Both the position numbers and the translations under genes were made by a program. The notes beneath the pieces are model-generated. The model saw only the letters and a program-made list of their open reading frames with translations, was not told the DNA's origin and did no database searches. Of a stretch of 64,000 nt of DNA, positions 19,155 to 27,780 are shown one piece after another. Within the stretch, counting starts at the first letter, position 1. Every line of letters starts with the position of its first letter. This DNA comes from Patescibacteria group bacterium UBA5147 (lineage in GTDB: Bacteria; Patescibacteriota; Saccharimonadia; UBA4664), in NCBI GenBank assembly GCA_002415345.1, contig DHXV01000001.1:484111-548110 (forward strand), in the 5' to 3' direction.

Positions 19155-19532
19155 GGGGCTGATCAGCTTCGACGTTGGGAACTTTACAAGTCATGTGCGC
19201 AGGTCGCAGGTACGCGTTACCATCCAAAAGTTACCTTAACTGGCAACATTTTAAGTCGGGTGAAGGCTGCTTTTGCAGTACCTTCATTCGCTCCCGTTTA
19301 CGCTTAATCACGTAAACTATCGGCACCAGACACCTCATATGGGTTCGCCGGTATCAAATTATGAGGTTGCTCTTTGCAGCGTGTCTCCGCTGCTTAGCTA
19401 AGATCAGAGGCCGCTCCCGCCGTCAGTTTGTCTGAGAAGATGACTTCGGGCTAAGATTGAAATCAGACTAAACCTGTAGTGCACTGGCGAGTAACTCGAC
19501 GGACTGGGGTGCAATTCCCCACAGCTCCACCA
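19155..19532 (+). ncRNA. ssrA: tmRNA (SsrA); tag ORF about 19266..19307 encoding AAFAVPSFAPVYA*
   Basis: 5' GGGGCTGATCAGCTTCGACG matches the tmRNA 5' consensus. 3' end TGGGG-TGCAATT-CCCCA-CAGCTCCACCA is a T-arm plus acceptor plus CCA. The G3:U acceptor pair is the Ala identity element. Confidence 0.85.
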
Positions 19533-19587
19533 AAAACGCCTCAGTTGTTCTGGGGCTTTTTTGTATAGGTAGGAGTAAAATGAGGCC

Positions 19588-19899
19588 ATGAATAAACAAT
19601 TACTCACTACGACTTTCAGAAACACTGCCCTCGCTGCGGTGTACATATTTCTTGTTTCGCAAATCATGCAGCACGGCAGCCAATGGTTTGGCCAGAAAGA
19701 TAACTTCGTAACACCGTTCGTTGTACTCATGCTATTTTCGTTGTCAGCGGCTATGGTCGGTGGGTTGGTGCTGGGTCAAGCAGTTATCCTGGTTCTGGAG
19801 AAGAAGACTGCCGAGGGTGTGAAGTCGGCGATTTACAGCATAGGATGGCTGGCCGTGTATACGCTACTTGGGATCGTGGCGTTGGCTGCCCTGAGGTGA
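19588..19899 (+). CDS. Small membrane protein (103 aa, about 3 TM)
   Basis: Hydrophobic helices. Lies between ssrA and its partial 3' duplicate. Confidence 0.4.
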   Translation: MNKQLLTTTFRNTALAAVYIFLVSQIMQHGSQWFGQKDNFVTPFVVLMLFSLSAAMVGGLVLGQAVILVLEKKTAEGVKSAIYSIGWLAVYTLLGIVALAALR

Positions 19900-19928
19900 A
19901 CTTTTTATACTAGTGATAGATTGAAAAC

Positions 19929-20321
19929 ATGAAAGACTTGAAGAAAATTCAGAATCTGGCGGGGGATGAGTTCTGGCCAACGATGCCGGTAGTGACGGTT
20001 TCCGGTGATGATTCAGCGCCAGCTATACCGATGGACGCGACTCAGCCGGAAGGTGAGGAAGTTGTCCAGGCTTGGCAGCGTGTGGCTGTACTTGAAGTTG
20101 TGCCTGTTTCTGAGGCTTACTGGGGTTTCATGGCCGGTGACCATGTTCAGTTTATGAATGTGCCGGTCCAGCTTCTAGAGGGCAAATTTGGGGTGCGAGT
20201 AGGAGATGGGGAAGTAAAGTTCTTCGTAATTCCCGTGGATATGAAATCGCGGTTGGAATTAAAGTTAGTCGAGGTGACTGACATGAATGACGCTAAATAT
20301 TCAGATTTGCCCTTGTATTAG
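19929..20321 (+). CDS. Hypothetical protein (130 aa)
   Basis: ORF with no recognisable domain. Lies between ssrA and the duplicated ssrA 3' fragment. Confidence 0.4.
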   Translation: MKDLKKIQNLAGDEFWPTMPVVTVSGDDSAPAIPMDATQPEGEEVVQAWQRVAVLEVVPVSEAYWGFMAGDHVQFMNVPVQLLEGKFGVRVGDGEVKFFVIPVDMKSRLELKLVEVTDMNDAKYSDLPLY

Positions 20322-20359
20322 CAGCCGGTAAGCGGCTATGTCCTGCGCCACTGAGTGCA

Positions 20360-20405
20360 AAGAATCACCCCGCAGCTCCACCAAAAACGCCTCAGTTTTC
20401 TGGGT
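20360..20405 (+). repeat. Partial direct repeat of the ssrA 3' end plus about 25 nt of downstream sequence (attR-like)
   Basis: CAGCTCCACCAAAAACGCCTCAGTT(-)TTCTGGG matches 19522-19554 with one indel. Flanks are also loosely similar. Confidence 0.7.
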
Positions 20406-20707
20406 GTGATTGATAATTGGTAGGGTCGGCATTACCCCCAATGTATATAGCCGATTAATAGCTTTTATTTTCGTGATAGTCTCATCGCATGTGCGGAAGA
20501 TTCACCCCAGTCGGAGACGGCCAAGTGATCACTGAGTATTACAGTGAGCAGGGAATCGGTTGTTATCGTGGTTACAGTTACAACGATGTGCCCACATATG
20601 TTGAGACACAGTGGGGAAACATGTTTATGATTCTCCGGTACGGACTACCATCCAGATTCAACCTCTAAGTGGAGTTTTTATTGGTACTAAAGTTTTAGAA
20701 ATACTAA

Positions 20708-21520
20708 TTACAAACAAGAAACGTCGTAGTCGAGCGTGCCGGAGACGTATTGCGTAATGGTGACTTTGCCGCCAGATGTAAGAGGGGTTAGGGAGCAGTT
20801 TGATTGGGCCCCCGAGTGATTGCGGGCGCCGGGACGCCAATTGTTCAGGCCATTCAGGTTGCTGGTCGGGCTGACTGTTCCGACAATGGACTGCCACTGT
20901 GCGGTTGTCGAGTAGATGCCAGCGGTGGTTCCGATGGCTTCAAATTCGGCAATCATGCCCTCGAGGTCAGCTACGTTGCGTGCCTGTCCCCCTGTCGTAG
21001 TATCCCAGCTGTTGCCGGTCTCGACATCTAGCCACCAAGCGTAGGTGCTAGGGTCGGTAACTCCACGGTTGGTTGCGTCCTCGACGGCACGGTTCCAGCC
21101 ATACTGCCAAGCGCATGCCAAACTATTGCTGTGGTCGCAATCGCCATAAGGGTTTGCGGCCAAGTTACCTGAAGGGTCAACATTACTGGACGGCCAGGAG
21201 AGAGTGTTGAGCCCGCCAGGATTTGCAGTATTGACGTAGAGCTGAGCTTTTGGCTGAGCAGTTGCGCCAGTTGAACCCTGAGCCCAGGCTAGTTCAGCGC
21301 TGAGACAAGGATTGGTTGTGTTAGCGAGGCCATCATTGACGCCCACGATCCCAAACGCCTGGCCGGAGGGTAGGGTCTTGTTGCATTGCGGATAGGAGAC
21401 GTCATTACCAAGCAGGTAAGCTGTACCGCCGCCAGTAGGCCTAGCAGCTAGCGCTGGGCTGCCGACGATAGTGGCGGCTAGGGCGCCAATTAGTAGGGTT
21501 TGAGATAATCGCAATAACAT
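20708..21520 (-). CDS. Secreted protein with signal peptide; possible glycoside-hydrolase-like (GH25/Rv2525c-like) domain
   Basis: N-terminal signal peptide. The domain call is a weak recollection-based match on the DVSYPQC...GIVGVNDG segment. Cys-containing. Confidence 0.4.
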   Translation of the reverse strand: MLLRLSQTLLIGALAATIVGSPALAARPTGGGTAYLLGNDVSYPQCNKTLPSGQAFGIVGVNDGLANTTNPCLSAELAWAQGSTGATAQPKAQLYVNTANPGGLNTLSWPSSNVDPSGNLAANPYGDCDHSNSLACAWQYGWNRAVEDATNRGVTDPSTYAWWLDVETGNSWDTTTGGQARNVADLEGMIAEFEAIGTTAGIYSTTAQWQSIVGTVSPTSNLNGLNNWRPGARNHSGAQSNCSLTPLTSGGKVTITQYVSGTLDYDVSCL

Positions 21521-22026
21521 GGGTAAATTGTATCATGAAGCATGAATGTTACGTATGTATTTATGCCGTACGATTGAGGCTGTTTTTGTGTCGAGCGTCC
21601 TTTGTGCCTAGATAGCACCTTCAGTCTTGCACCTCGGCTATGATGGGGTGTGATGATTCAGGAGAGCATGCGGACTCCTGTGTTTTGATTGCTGATGATT
21701 TAGCGACAGTGTTTTTGTGCCATGGTGACGAGCCTCTGGATTATTCGGTTGCTTTTGAGGCGGCTAGTTTAAGAGCAAGGCTGACCGGGGAGAGGTAGGT
21801 TGCTGACTTTTCTACTCAGTTTTCTTACAGGCTAGATTATCAAACGGCATTATTTAACAGTTAGACAGGGGTTATCTATTTTGCCAATTACTCCACCCAA
21901 AATATAATGATGCATCGATGATTCAGCCTCAATTCTGAACTTGGGAACGTGGACATTGCCTTGACGAAGTGCCCATAAAATGGTATATTTCAGACTATCG
22001 TCATCCCATCTACGGAAGAAGCTAGC

Positions 22027-22263
22027 ATGTCTTCGACGCGTACATTACCGTCAGACCTTTTCCGCTGGTGGCTAAAGCCACTTCGCGCAGGAACGGCCCA
22101 ATACCAGACCTACCTCAGGCTACTCCGCAAGAAACTAGAGCAGGAGGGCTTCACACTGGAAGACATTGGCACGAGCGAGGAGGAGCTCTCCATGCTCCGC
22201 TCCAGAGGCGCTGCCAAGGCCGCCAGCCTCATGCTCGCGGATCAAGTACGCAGCCAGAATTAA
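22027..22263 (+). CDS. Hypothetical small protein (78 aa)
   Basis: TTGACG-17-TATATT promoter and GGAAGAAG RBS lie upstream. Confidence 0.35.
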   Translation: MSSTRTLPSDLFRWWLKPLRAGTAQYQTYLRLLRKKLEQEGFTLEDIGTSEEELSMLRSRGAAKAASLMLADQVRSQN

Positions 22264-22292
22264 CCCACAGCCCCGACGACCTGAGGAGACAA

Positions 22293-22607
22293 ATGGCTCG
22301 CAAACCCAGGGAGAATAAGCTGAGAGTCAACTTCAATGACCTCATTAACGTTGAGGCCGGTGCCGTTCTCCGAATCCATTTCAAAGGCTCCTCAACCGAT
22401 GGAGCTCTCAGCCTGATCGGCATGATCAGGTCCGGAATGCTAACCTCGGACAACGAAGCGCGGCTCTCCATTATTGCCGTGCTTCGGAACTGGGGAGACC
22501 GATCTAACCAGATTGTCGAAGCCGTCACGACCGAGACTTTTGACCGGACCTGGTTTGAGAGCCAGCTGGCAGACGAGATTACCCGGCTTGATGTCAAACC
22601 GCGCTAG
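22293..22607 (+). CDS. Hypothetical protein (104 aa)
   Basis: GAGGAG RBS before ATG 22293. The listed ORF 22068..22607 has a non-protein-like Arg-rich N-terminus that overlaps the previous gene, so it was trimmed. Confidence 0.4.
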   Translation: MARKPRENKLRVNFNDLINVEAGAVLRIHFKGSSTDGALSLIGMIRSGMLTSDNEARLSIIAVLRNWGDRSNQIVEAVTTETFDRTWFESQLADEITRLDVKPR

Positions 22608-22711
22608 CGGCCACACGGCTCCGTTCTTAACTGAACACCCGCCCCTACGAAACGGCAATTGCCCTCCTCGTGGGGGCATTTGCTTTGGATGGGTTGTGAA
22701 AGCTAACGCGG

Positions 22712-23518
22712 CTACTTGAGCTCGAATTCAACCGTGAACGAGTAAGTGACATCGTTGGTGCCGGGTTGGATGGTGGGGCCGCCGCTGGACTTGGTAGATT
22801 GGGGCATCGTGACGCCGCCGGATGAATCGGTAGCGTAGATCCAAGGCGAGGTGATGTCGCTGATTTTGACGACCCTGCCGACGCGGGCATCGAGCTGTTT
22901 GGCGGTGGCGGTGGCCTTGGCTTTGGCATCGTCGCTAGCTTTTGAGCGTGCAGATAGGTCTAATTTGGTCTGAGTATCTTTTGTGAACACGGCATTGGGA
23001 GTGACTTGGCCCGTAGCTTTTGTGGTGGCGAGGTAGTCGCTAACCCCTTGGGCAAGGGCTTTGTCGGTAACGGTGGCCGTGATGGTGTAGGTGGAGTCGT
23101 TCGGAATTGGGTAGGGCATGCCGTTAGGCTCACTGACGGCAATCTGCGGACTAGTCGCGCCCAGAGGTATAGGTTTGGGGTCGGAGGAAGCGAATATCGT
23201 TGTTTTTATATCAACGTCTTTGACGCCGAGCTTCTTTAATTGGGCGACAGCTTCATTACCAACAGCGGTTACCGCTTTGATATCCGTGCCAGAAAATATC
23301 GGCTGGAACTGGTACTTATCGGGGACGGCGCTCACCGTAGCTTGGCCTTGAACGGAGATGGTTCGGACGGTGCCGGACTGTTCCCATGGTTTCCAGAAGT
23401 ATGTCATGGCAGCGATAACGACTAGCAGCAGGAGCGCCAGCGTACGCCAACTGAGGCTTATACGGATTGCTGGTTTTTCCTTTGGGACAGGCGGTTGAGT
23501 GGGTGAGGTGTCATTCAT
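22712..23518 (-). CDS. SIMPL-domain (DUF541) secreted/periplasmic protein
   Basis: TATAAT -10 box 6 nt before ATG (MNDTSP...). N-terminal TM, and a C-terminal TYSFTVEFEL typical of SIMPL. Confidence 0.7.
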   Translation of the reverse strand: MNDTSPTQPPVPKEKPAIRISLSWRTLALLLLVVIAAMTYFWKPWEQSGTVRTISVQGQATVSAVPDKYQFQPIFSGTDIKAVTAVGNEAVAQLKKLGVKDVDIKTTIFASSDPKPIPLGATSPQIAVSEPNGMPYPIPNDSTYTITATVTDKALAQGVSDYLATTKATGQVTPNAVFTKDTQTKLDLSARSKASDDAKAKATATAKQLDARVGRVVKISDITSPWIYATDSSGGVTMPQSTKSSGGPTIQPGTNDVTYSFTVEFELK

Positions 23519-23597
23519 AGGCAAATTATACCAATATTGCATGAGCGTACTCAAATCAATCTGCTAAGATAACGGTAATGTTTGAAGGGAGCGGATA

Positions 23598-23759
23598 ATG
23601 GTTGGTTTAGCTGCAATTAATAATTCAGGACTAGCTCAGGCAAATTCAACAGCCTCGCCGGTGTTGTCGCCAGCGTCGGTGGGGGCATTGGGCATAGTAT
23701 TTTTGGTGATATTCGGAGGGTTCATGGTCTGGTATATGATTATGCGCCGCCGACCTTGA
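23598..23759 (+). CDS. Possible small protein (53 aa) with a hydrophobic C-terminal helix and RRRP tail (not in ORF track)
   Basis: GAAGGGAG RBS 6 nt before ATG. Ends 18 nt before the FKBP gene start. Confidence 0.25.
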   Translation: MVGLAAINNSGLAQANSTASPVLSPASVGALGIVFLVIFGGFMVWYMIMRRRP

Positions 23760-23776
23760 AGGTCAAGGTGATCAAA

Positions 23777-24403
23777 ATGGGGTCAGTGGCGGTAGGGACC
23801 GGCATCGTGGTCGGGCTGGGCGTGGTCGGCTGGATGTATCTGCACCGGCCTGAGGCGCCTTCGGCCCGTTATTCGGGAGGTCCGATGGTTCTGGATACCA
23901 GCACCACCCCAGCGCCGGCGCCGGAGGGAGCGCTGCAGGTAGCGGGGCCCGCTTCGGTAGCGGCTAATGGCGGAAACCCTGGAACGCTGCTTGGCGGGAC
24001 CACAGGCAAGGCACAGGACTCGGCGTCAAACTCGCTGCCCGGACCGAACGACTTCCGGCAGTATGAGGAACACCGTGATAAACCGACGGCGCTGTTCATC
24101 GACGTCGTCGTGGGTCAGGGTAAAGACGTTGGTGTCGGGAACCAGGTGAGCGTTATGTACCGCGGCTGGCTCACGGATGGAACGTTGTTCGATGAAAACT
24201 ACTCACGCAATCAGGTGTTTACCTTCAAAGAAGGGGATCATCGGGTGATTCCGGGCTGGGAACAAGGCTTGTTCGGCATGAAAGAAGGGGGTAAGCGCCG
24301 GCTAATTATTCCCGCATCGCAGGCTTACGGATCCGAGGTCCACGGTCCGCTTCCTGCCAACTCGATGCTCATATTCGATATCGAACTGAACAAGGTAGAG
24401 TGA
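23777..24403 (+). CDS. FKBP-type peptidyl-prolyl cis-trans isomerase, membrane-anchored
   Basis: AGGTGA RBS. N-terminal TM, and a C-terminal FKBP domain (VSVMYRGWLTDGTLFD...LIFDIELNKV). Confidence 0.8.
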   Translation: MGSVAVGTGIVVGLGVVGWMYLHRPEAPSARYSGGPMVLDTSTTPAPAPEGALQVAGPASVAANGGNPGTLLGGTTGKAQDSASNSLPGPNDFRQYEEHRDKPTALFIDVVVGQGKDVGVGNQVSVMYRGWLTDGTLFDENYSRNQVFTFKEGDHRVIPGWEQGLFGMKEGGKRRLIIPASQAYGSEVHGPLPANSMLIFDIELNKVE

Positions 24404-24463
24404 CTCGTTCAGACAAAGTCACCGCCAAAGGTTTATACTGGAAGGTATAACGAGGCTAGAGCA

Positions 24464-24727
24464 ATGGAAGAGCCTGAGATTATTCCGCCGTCGAGGAAGT
24501 CTACACACCATAAGGGTTGGGCGGCCGCCTATTTTGAATTCATCCGCAGTCCCCATGAGAACCGGATTCTTAAAATGATGCCGCTGGTACTCATGGGGGT
24601 CATCCCGATAAGCCTGTTAGATAACTTCTTTATTCCGGTCCTTGGGGTTATTGATGATATTCCTACAACGCTTTTGACGATTATAGTGGTGGTTATCACC
24701 CTCATACGAGTACGAACGTACCGTTAG
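24464..24727 (+). CDS. DUF1232 (YkvA-like) membrane protein
   Basis: FIPVLGVIDDIPTTLL motif. Confidence 0.55.
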   Translation: MEEPEIIPPSRKSTHHKGWAAAYFEFIRSPHENRILKMMPLVLMGVIPISLLDNFFIPVLGVIDDIPTTLLTIIVVVITLIRVRTYR

Positions 24728-24730
24728 GAC

Positions 24731-24765
24731 AACAAAAACCCCGCCAATGTGAATTGACGGGGCTG
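24731..24765 (-). terminator. Intrinsic terminator for the minus-strand membrane protein gene
   Basis: CCCCGcCAAT-gtga-ATTGaCGGGG hairpin, followed on the minus strand by TTTTTGTT. Confidence 0.55.
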
Positions 24766-24771
24766 CCTCAG

Positions 24772-25221
24772 TTACTTGTCCAGTAGCTGAGGGTTGTCTT
24801 TGAACATTTGCCTCAAGAAGCGCACGTCGCGCCGGAATGTGAACCGCTCCCATATCATCAAGGCGATAATGACGATCGTGGCCGCAAATTCCGCGATGGT
24901 GTAGTAGGCGAAGAACTTCATGGCAATGACGGCAGCCTGGATATGGAGTTGGCCGGCGGCGATGGCTTCGACGGGTGCCACTACCGGATCGAGCAGCGAT
25001 GGAACGTCGAAGTTGAGCGGGGTTTGCTGATCGGGCGGCAGCCACCATAGCTCGGTAACATTGAATACGATAGCCACCATGACGGCGAACGAGCCAATGG
25101 CTACTCCAGCAGCCGTGCCCATGAGACTACTGCGCCAGCCGCCTCGCCAAAATATGGCCCCAAGGAGTAGGGCTAGTATTACTACGAACGGCAGCCGGTG
25201 GATGGCGATGAACTGGAGCAT
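24772..25221 (-). CDS. Hypothetical membrane protein (149 aa)
   Basis: Four predicted TM helices. Confidence 0.45.
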   Translation of the reverse strand: MLQFIAIHRLPFVVILALLLGAIFWRGGWRSSLMGTAAGVAIGSFAVMVAIVFNVTELWWLPPDQQTPLNFDVPSLLDPVVAPVEAIAAGQLHIQAAVIAMKFFAYYTIAEFAATIVIIALMIWERFTFRRDVRFLRQMFKDNPQLLDK

Positions 25222-25321
25222 TGCTGACCCCTTTGCCTAAGGTACTGTTGGGAGCGGATTTAGTGTACTCTACCCGGCTCTAACTCGTCTAGATAGAATA
25301 TTCTAAAGACAAGTAGATGTT

Positions 25322-26038
25322 TTATACCTTGCGACAGACAAAATACACGCGTCCCGCCCGGTCGGACGGCGGGGTATCGTCCGAGGTGAAGGTATCGATG
25401 ATCTCAAAATACGGTTTTAGGGCTGCTTCAACGTCTACAAGTGGGAAGGCGGCCTCGTGGAGCTCTTCCTCAAAAACCTGAATCAGACCGTCGGGCTGGG
25501 TCTCCTGGAAGACGATATCATTTGACACTTCATTGTCGTTGATGCCGGTGGTCGTTATCTCAAGCGATCCGTTGGTGTAAGTTTCCGTATAAGTTGGCAT
25601 CACCGTTTCGGCGCGGAGACGGCCGGTGGTAAGGGTATCGAACAGGAACAGGCCGCCGTCGTTAAGGTGAGCGGCAGCCATACGGAATGTGTTATCCCAT
25701 AGCTTGAGGGTGAGCAAGTGATTGATGGTGTCGAATATGCAAATGACGACGTCGAAACGCTTGTTTAGGTCAAATTCCGCGATATCGCCCTGATGAAGAG
25801 CTATATTTGGCAGTTTTTGTTGTGCTATTTTCAACATTTCGGGCGATATATCCACGCCTTCTACTTCGAAGAAACCTGCAAGTCCCTGGAGAATGCTACC
25901 AGTACCGCATCCAAGCTCAAGCAGAGTTAGTGCATCGGGTGAATGGTGATGAAGGTGGCGATTAACCAGACGGATAACATCCGACCGGTCGCCCATGACC
26001 GCATCGTAGAAGTGCGAAAAGCTGTGGTAGTTACTCAT
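25322..26038 (-). CDS. Class I SAM-dependent methyltransferase
   Basis: LLELGCGTGS motif I and DVVICIFD motif. Start moved to MSNYHS. Confidence 0.75.
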   Translation of the reverse strand: MSNYHSFSHFYDAVMGDRSDVIRLVNRHLHHHSPDALTLLELGCGTGSILQGLAGFFEVEGVDISPEMLKIAQQKLPNIALHQGDIAEFDLNKRFDVVICIFDTINHLLTLKLWDNTFRMAAAHLNDGGLFLFDTLTTGRLRAETVMPTYTETYTNGSLEITTTGINDNEVSNDIVFQETQPDGLIQVFEEELHEAAFPLVDVEAALKPYFEIIDTFTSDDTPPSDRAGRVYFVCRKV

Positions 26039-26146
26039 AGGACTAATTCTATACCTTTTACAGCTCGGACGCCTGAGATGGTGGTACACTCACTAAGGCA
26101 GTCCATATTTAAGCACCGATCGCCGTATTAATACTGATAATGGGCT

Positions 26147-26599
26147 ATGGATTCGAAGCGATTAATCATAAATCTTATAATGTTGACAGAAAGTGAGGCT
26201 ATAGTGGCCAATGAATCGACAAATTCTAGCAATAATTCAATTGCGGATTTCGCAAAATATGAAGAGTCAAAAAATGCTGAAAAGGTACTTATCGAGGATA
26301 TCGTCGTTGGAACGGGCCCGGAGGTTAAGGTGGGCAGCCAGGTCAGCGTCCATTATCGCGGTTGGCTGACAAACGGCCAAGTGTTCGATGAGTCTTACGG
26401 GCGGGGGGAGCCATTTAGCTTTATCCCCGGTGAGCGCCGGGTGATTACCGGTTGGGAAGAAGGTACGATCGGGATGCAACCCGGCGGGAAGCGTCGCCTG
26501 GTAGTGCCGCCAGTCGCCGGATACGGCAGCAGACCTGTTGGTACGATCCCGGCCAACTCCGTCTTGGTGTTTGATATCGAGTTACTCGAAGTCCGATAA
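26147..26599 (+). CDS. FKBP-type peptidyl-prolyl cis-trans isomerase (second paralog)
   Basis: GATAAT -10 box 5 nt before the ATG. VSVHYRGWLTNGQVFDESY...LVFDIELLEV. Confidence 0.8.
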   Translation: MDSKRLIINLIMLTESEAIVANESTNSSNNSIADFAKYEESKNAEKVLIEDIVVGTGPEVKVGSQVSVHYRGWLTNGQVFDESYGRGEPFSFIPGERRVITGWEEGTIGMQPGGKRRLVVPPVAGYGSRPVGTIPANSVLVFDIELLEVR

Positions 26600-26609
26600 C
26601 AACGGGTAA

Positions 26610-26645
26610 AAAAGAACAGCGCCCCGACAAATCGTCGGGGCGCTT
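26610..26645. terminator. Terminator with an 11-bp perfect stem, mainly for the minus-strand lipoprotein gene
   Basis: AGCGCCCCGAC-aaatc-GTCGGGGCGCT with an A-tract on the plus side (T-tract on the minus strand). Confidence 0.7.
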
Positions 26646-26660
26646 GGCCGTAACTGGATG

Positions 26661-27467
26661 TTACGGGCAGAGATCAATTGTTCGGCAGCTGCCGGCAATG
26701 ATGGCCGAGTACCAGGTATCCCTGAATACCAGCCATTGCTTATCGCGGGTGGCTCGTTGCAGGTCGGCACCGGGATGCGCCAAATGGAAGCTGTTGAGCC
26801 GGTCGGTTTGGCGGAAGAAGTCGTCGATTGCGAACGAGTCCCCGTTGTCAAAACTGGCTTGCTGCAAGAAGAATGCAGCAAAGGTTCCGTTTTGGTAGGT
26901 GTGGAAAGCCGTATTGGTGTACTGCTGGTAGACCAGCTTGGAATCCGTCCACCAAACCAGAGCCGAAGTAGGGTCTGTGACTGCTCTGAATAGTTCATGC
27001 CCAGTGGGGTCCTTGTAACTGAAATTGCGCGGACCATTGTCAATCACCGTGCGGCAGAGGCTTTGGGACCGCCAGGCGGATCCGCTCCATCTGTACAAGC
27101 AACCACGACTGTTCCAGGCAAGCCTTCCCACAGCGATGCTGGGGAAATGCTTGGTGGGAGCCGCCTTCGGCGCCGCCGACGGGGCGGAAGGAGCAGGCGT
27201 TAACACCCTCGCCGTCGGCTTGGGCGTAGCTTTGGGCGTGACCTTGGGCTTGGGCGTGACCTTGGGTTTGGGGGTTGCCGTCGAAGTCGGAGCGGCAGTA
27301 GCTGGGCTAGTGGCTGCCGGAGCCGACGTAACAGTGGCGAACGGGTGCGGGTTGATGGTATGTCCGCTGCTCGCCTTTGGTGCATTATCCACGTGACAGG
27401 CGCTAAGAAGAACGCCAAGCACAGTAACAAACAACAGGCTCTTTACGAGCCGCTTGAACAGGGGCAT
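26661..27467 (-). CDS. Predicted lipoprotein with a Pro/Thr/Lys-rich repetitive linker and a C-terminal Trp/Cys-containing domain
   Basis: Signal peptide with LLSAC lipobox. Peptide repeats TPKPKVTPKPKVTPKATPKPT. Confidence 0.55.
   Translation of the reverse strand: MPLFKRLVKSLLFVTVLGVLLSACHVDNAPKASSGHTINPHPFATVTSAPAATSPATAAPTSTATPKPKVTPKPKVTPKATPKPTARVLTPAPSAPSAAPKAAPTKHFPSIAVGRLAWNSRGCLYRWSGSAWRSQSLCRTVIDNGPRNFSYKDPTGHELFRAVTDPTSALVWWTDSKLVYQQYTNTAFHTYQNGTFAAFFLQQASFDNGDSFAIDDFFRQTDRLNSFHLAHPGADLQRATRDKQWLVFRDTWYSAIIAGSCRTIDLCP
27215..27290. repeat. Imperfect tandem nucleotide repeats encoding the (TPKPKV)n linker
   Basis: gtgaccttgggcttgggc repeated units. Confidence 0.6.
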
Positions 27468-27573
27468 GGCGTCTCCAGAGGTCGAAAAAGTGAATGAACG
27501 ATTGAACTGCGCATATAATACCAGTTTTTAGAAATATGTCAATATAATTCGTAGCATAAGGTATAATGCAGGC

Positions 27574-27777
27574 ATGGATTTTTTTGGCCCCAGCGATCGA
27601 GACAGGCAGCGACGTGTAACCGGTTGTCTGAGTAAACTAACCTGGCAATCCAGGGAAGAGGCGATAGCAGCCCGCGCTTACGCCGACTGGCAGCATGGAG
27701 GCTCGGGCGGACGACCGCAGCCGTACGAGTGCCGGTACTGCCATAAATGGCATCTAGCCCGCCATGTGGAACAATAA
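27574..27777 (+). CDS. Small Cys/His-containing protein (67 aa, C-terminal ECRYCHKWH zinc-ribbon-like motif)
   Basis: TATAAT -10 box 6 nt before the ATG (leaderless). Stop lies 3 nt before the LCP gene TTG start. Confidence 0.4.
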   Translation: MDFFGPSDRDRQRRVTGCLSKLTWQSREEAIAARAYADWQHGGSGGRPQPYECRYCHKWHLARHVEQ

Positions 27778-27780
27778 GAT

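Noticed and set aside
20489-20668. Possible 59-aa ORF (MCGRFTPVGDGQ...) downstream of the ssrA duplicate
   Set aside because: There is no RBS or convincing promoter and the composition is unremarkable. It was left unannotated, though it might be a real small gene.
22068-22292. N-terminal half of ORF 22068..22607
   Set aside because: It overlaps ORF 22027..22263 in another frame and is an Arg/Gly/His-rich non-protein-like stretch. The real gene more likely starts at ATG 22293, which has a GAGGAG RBS.
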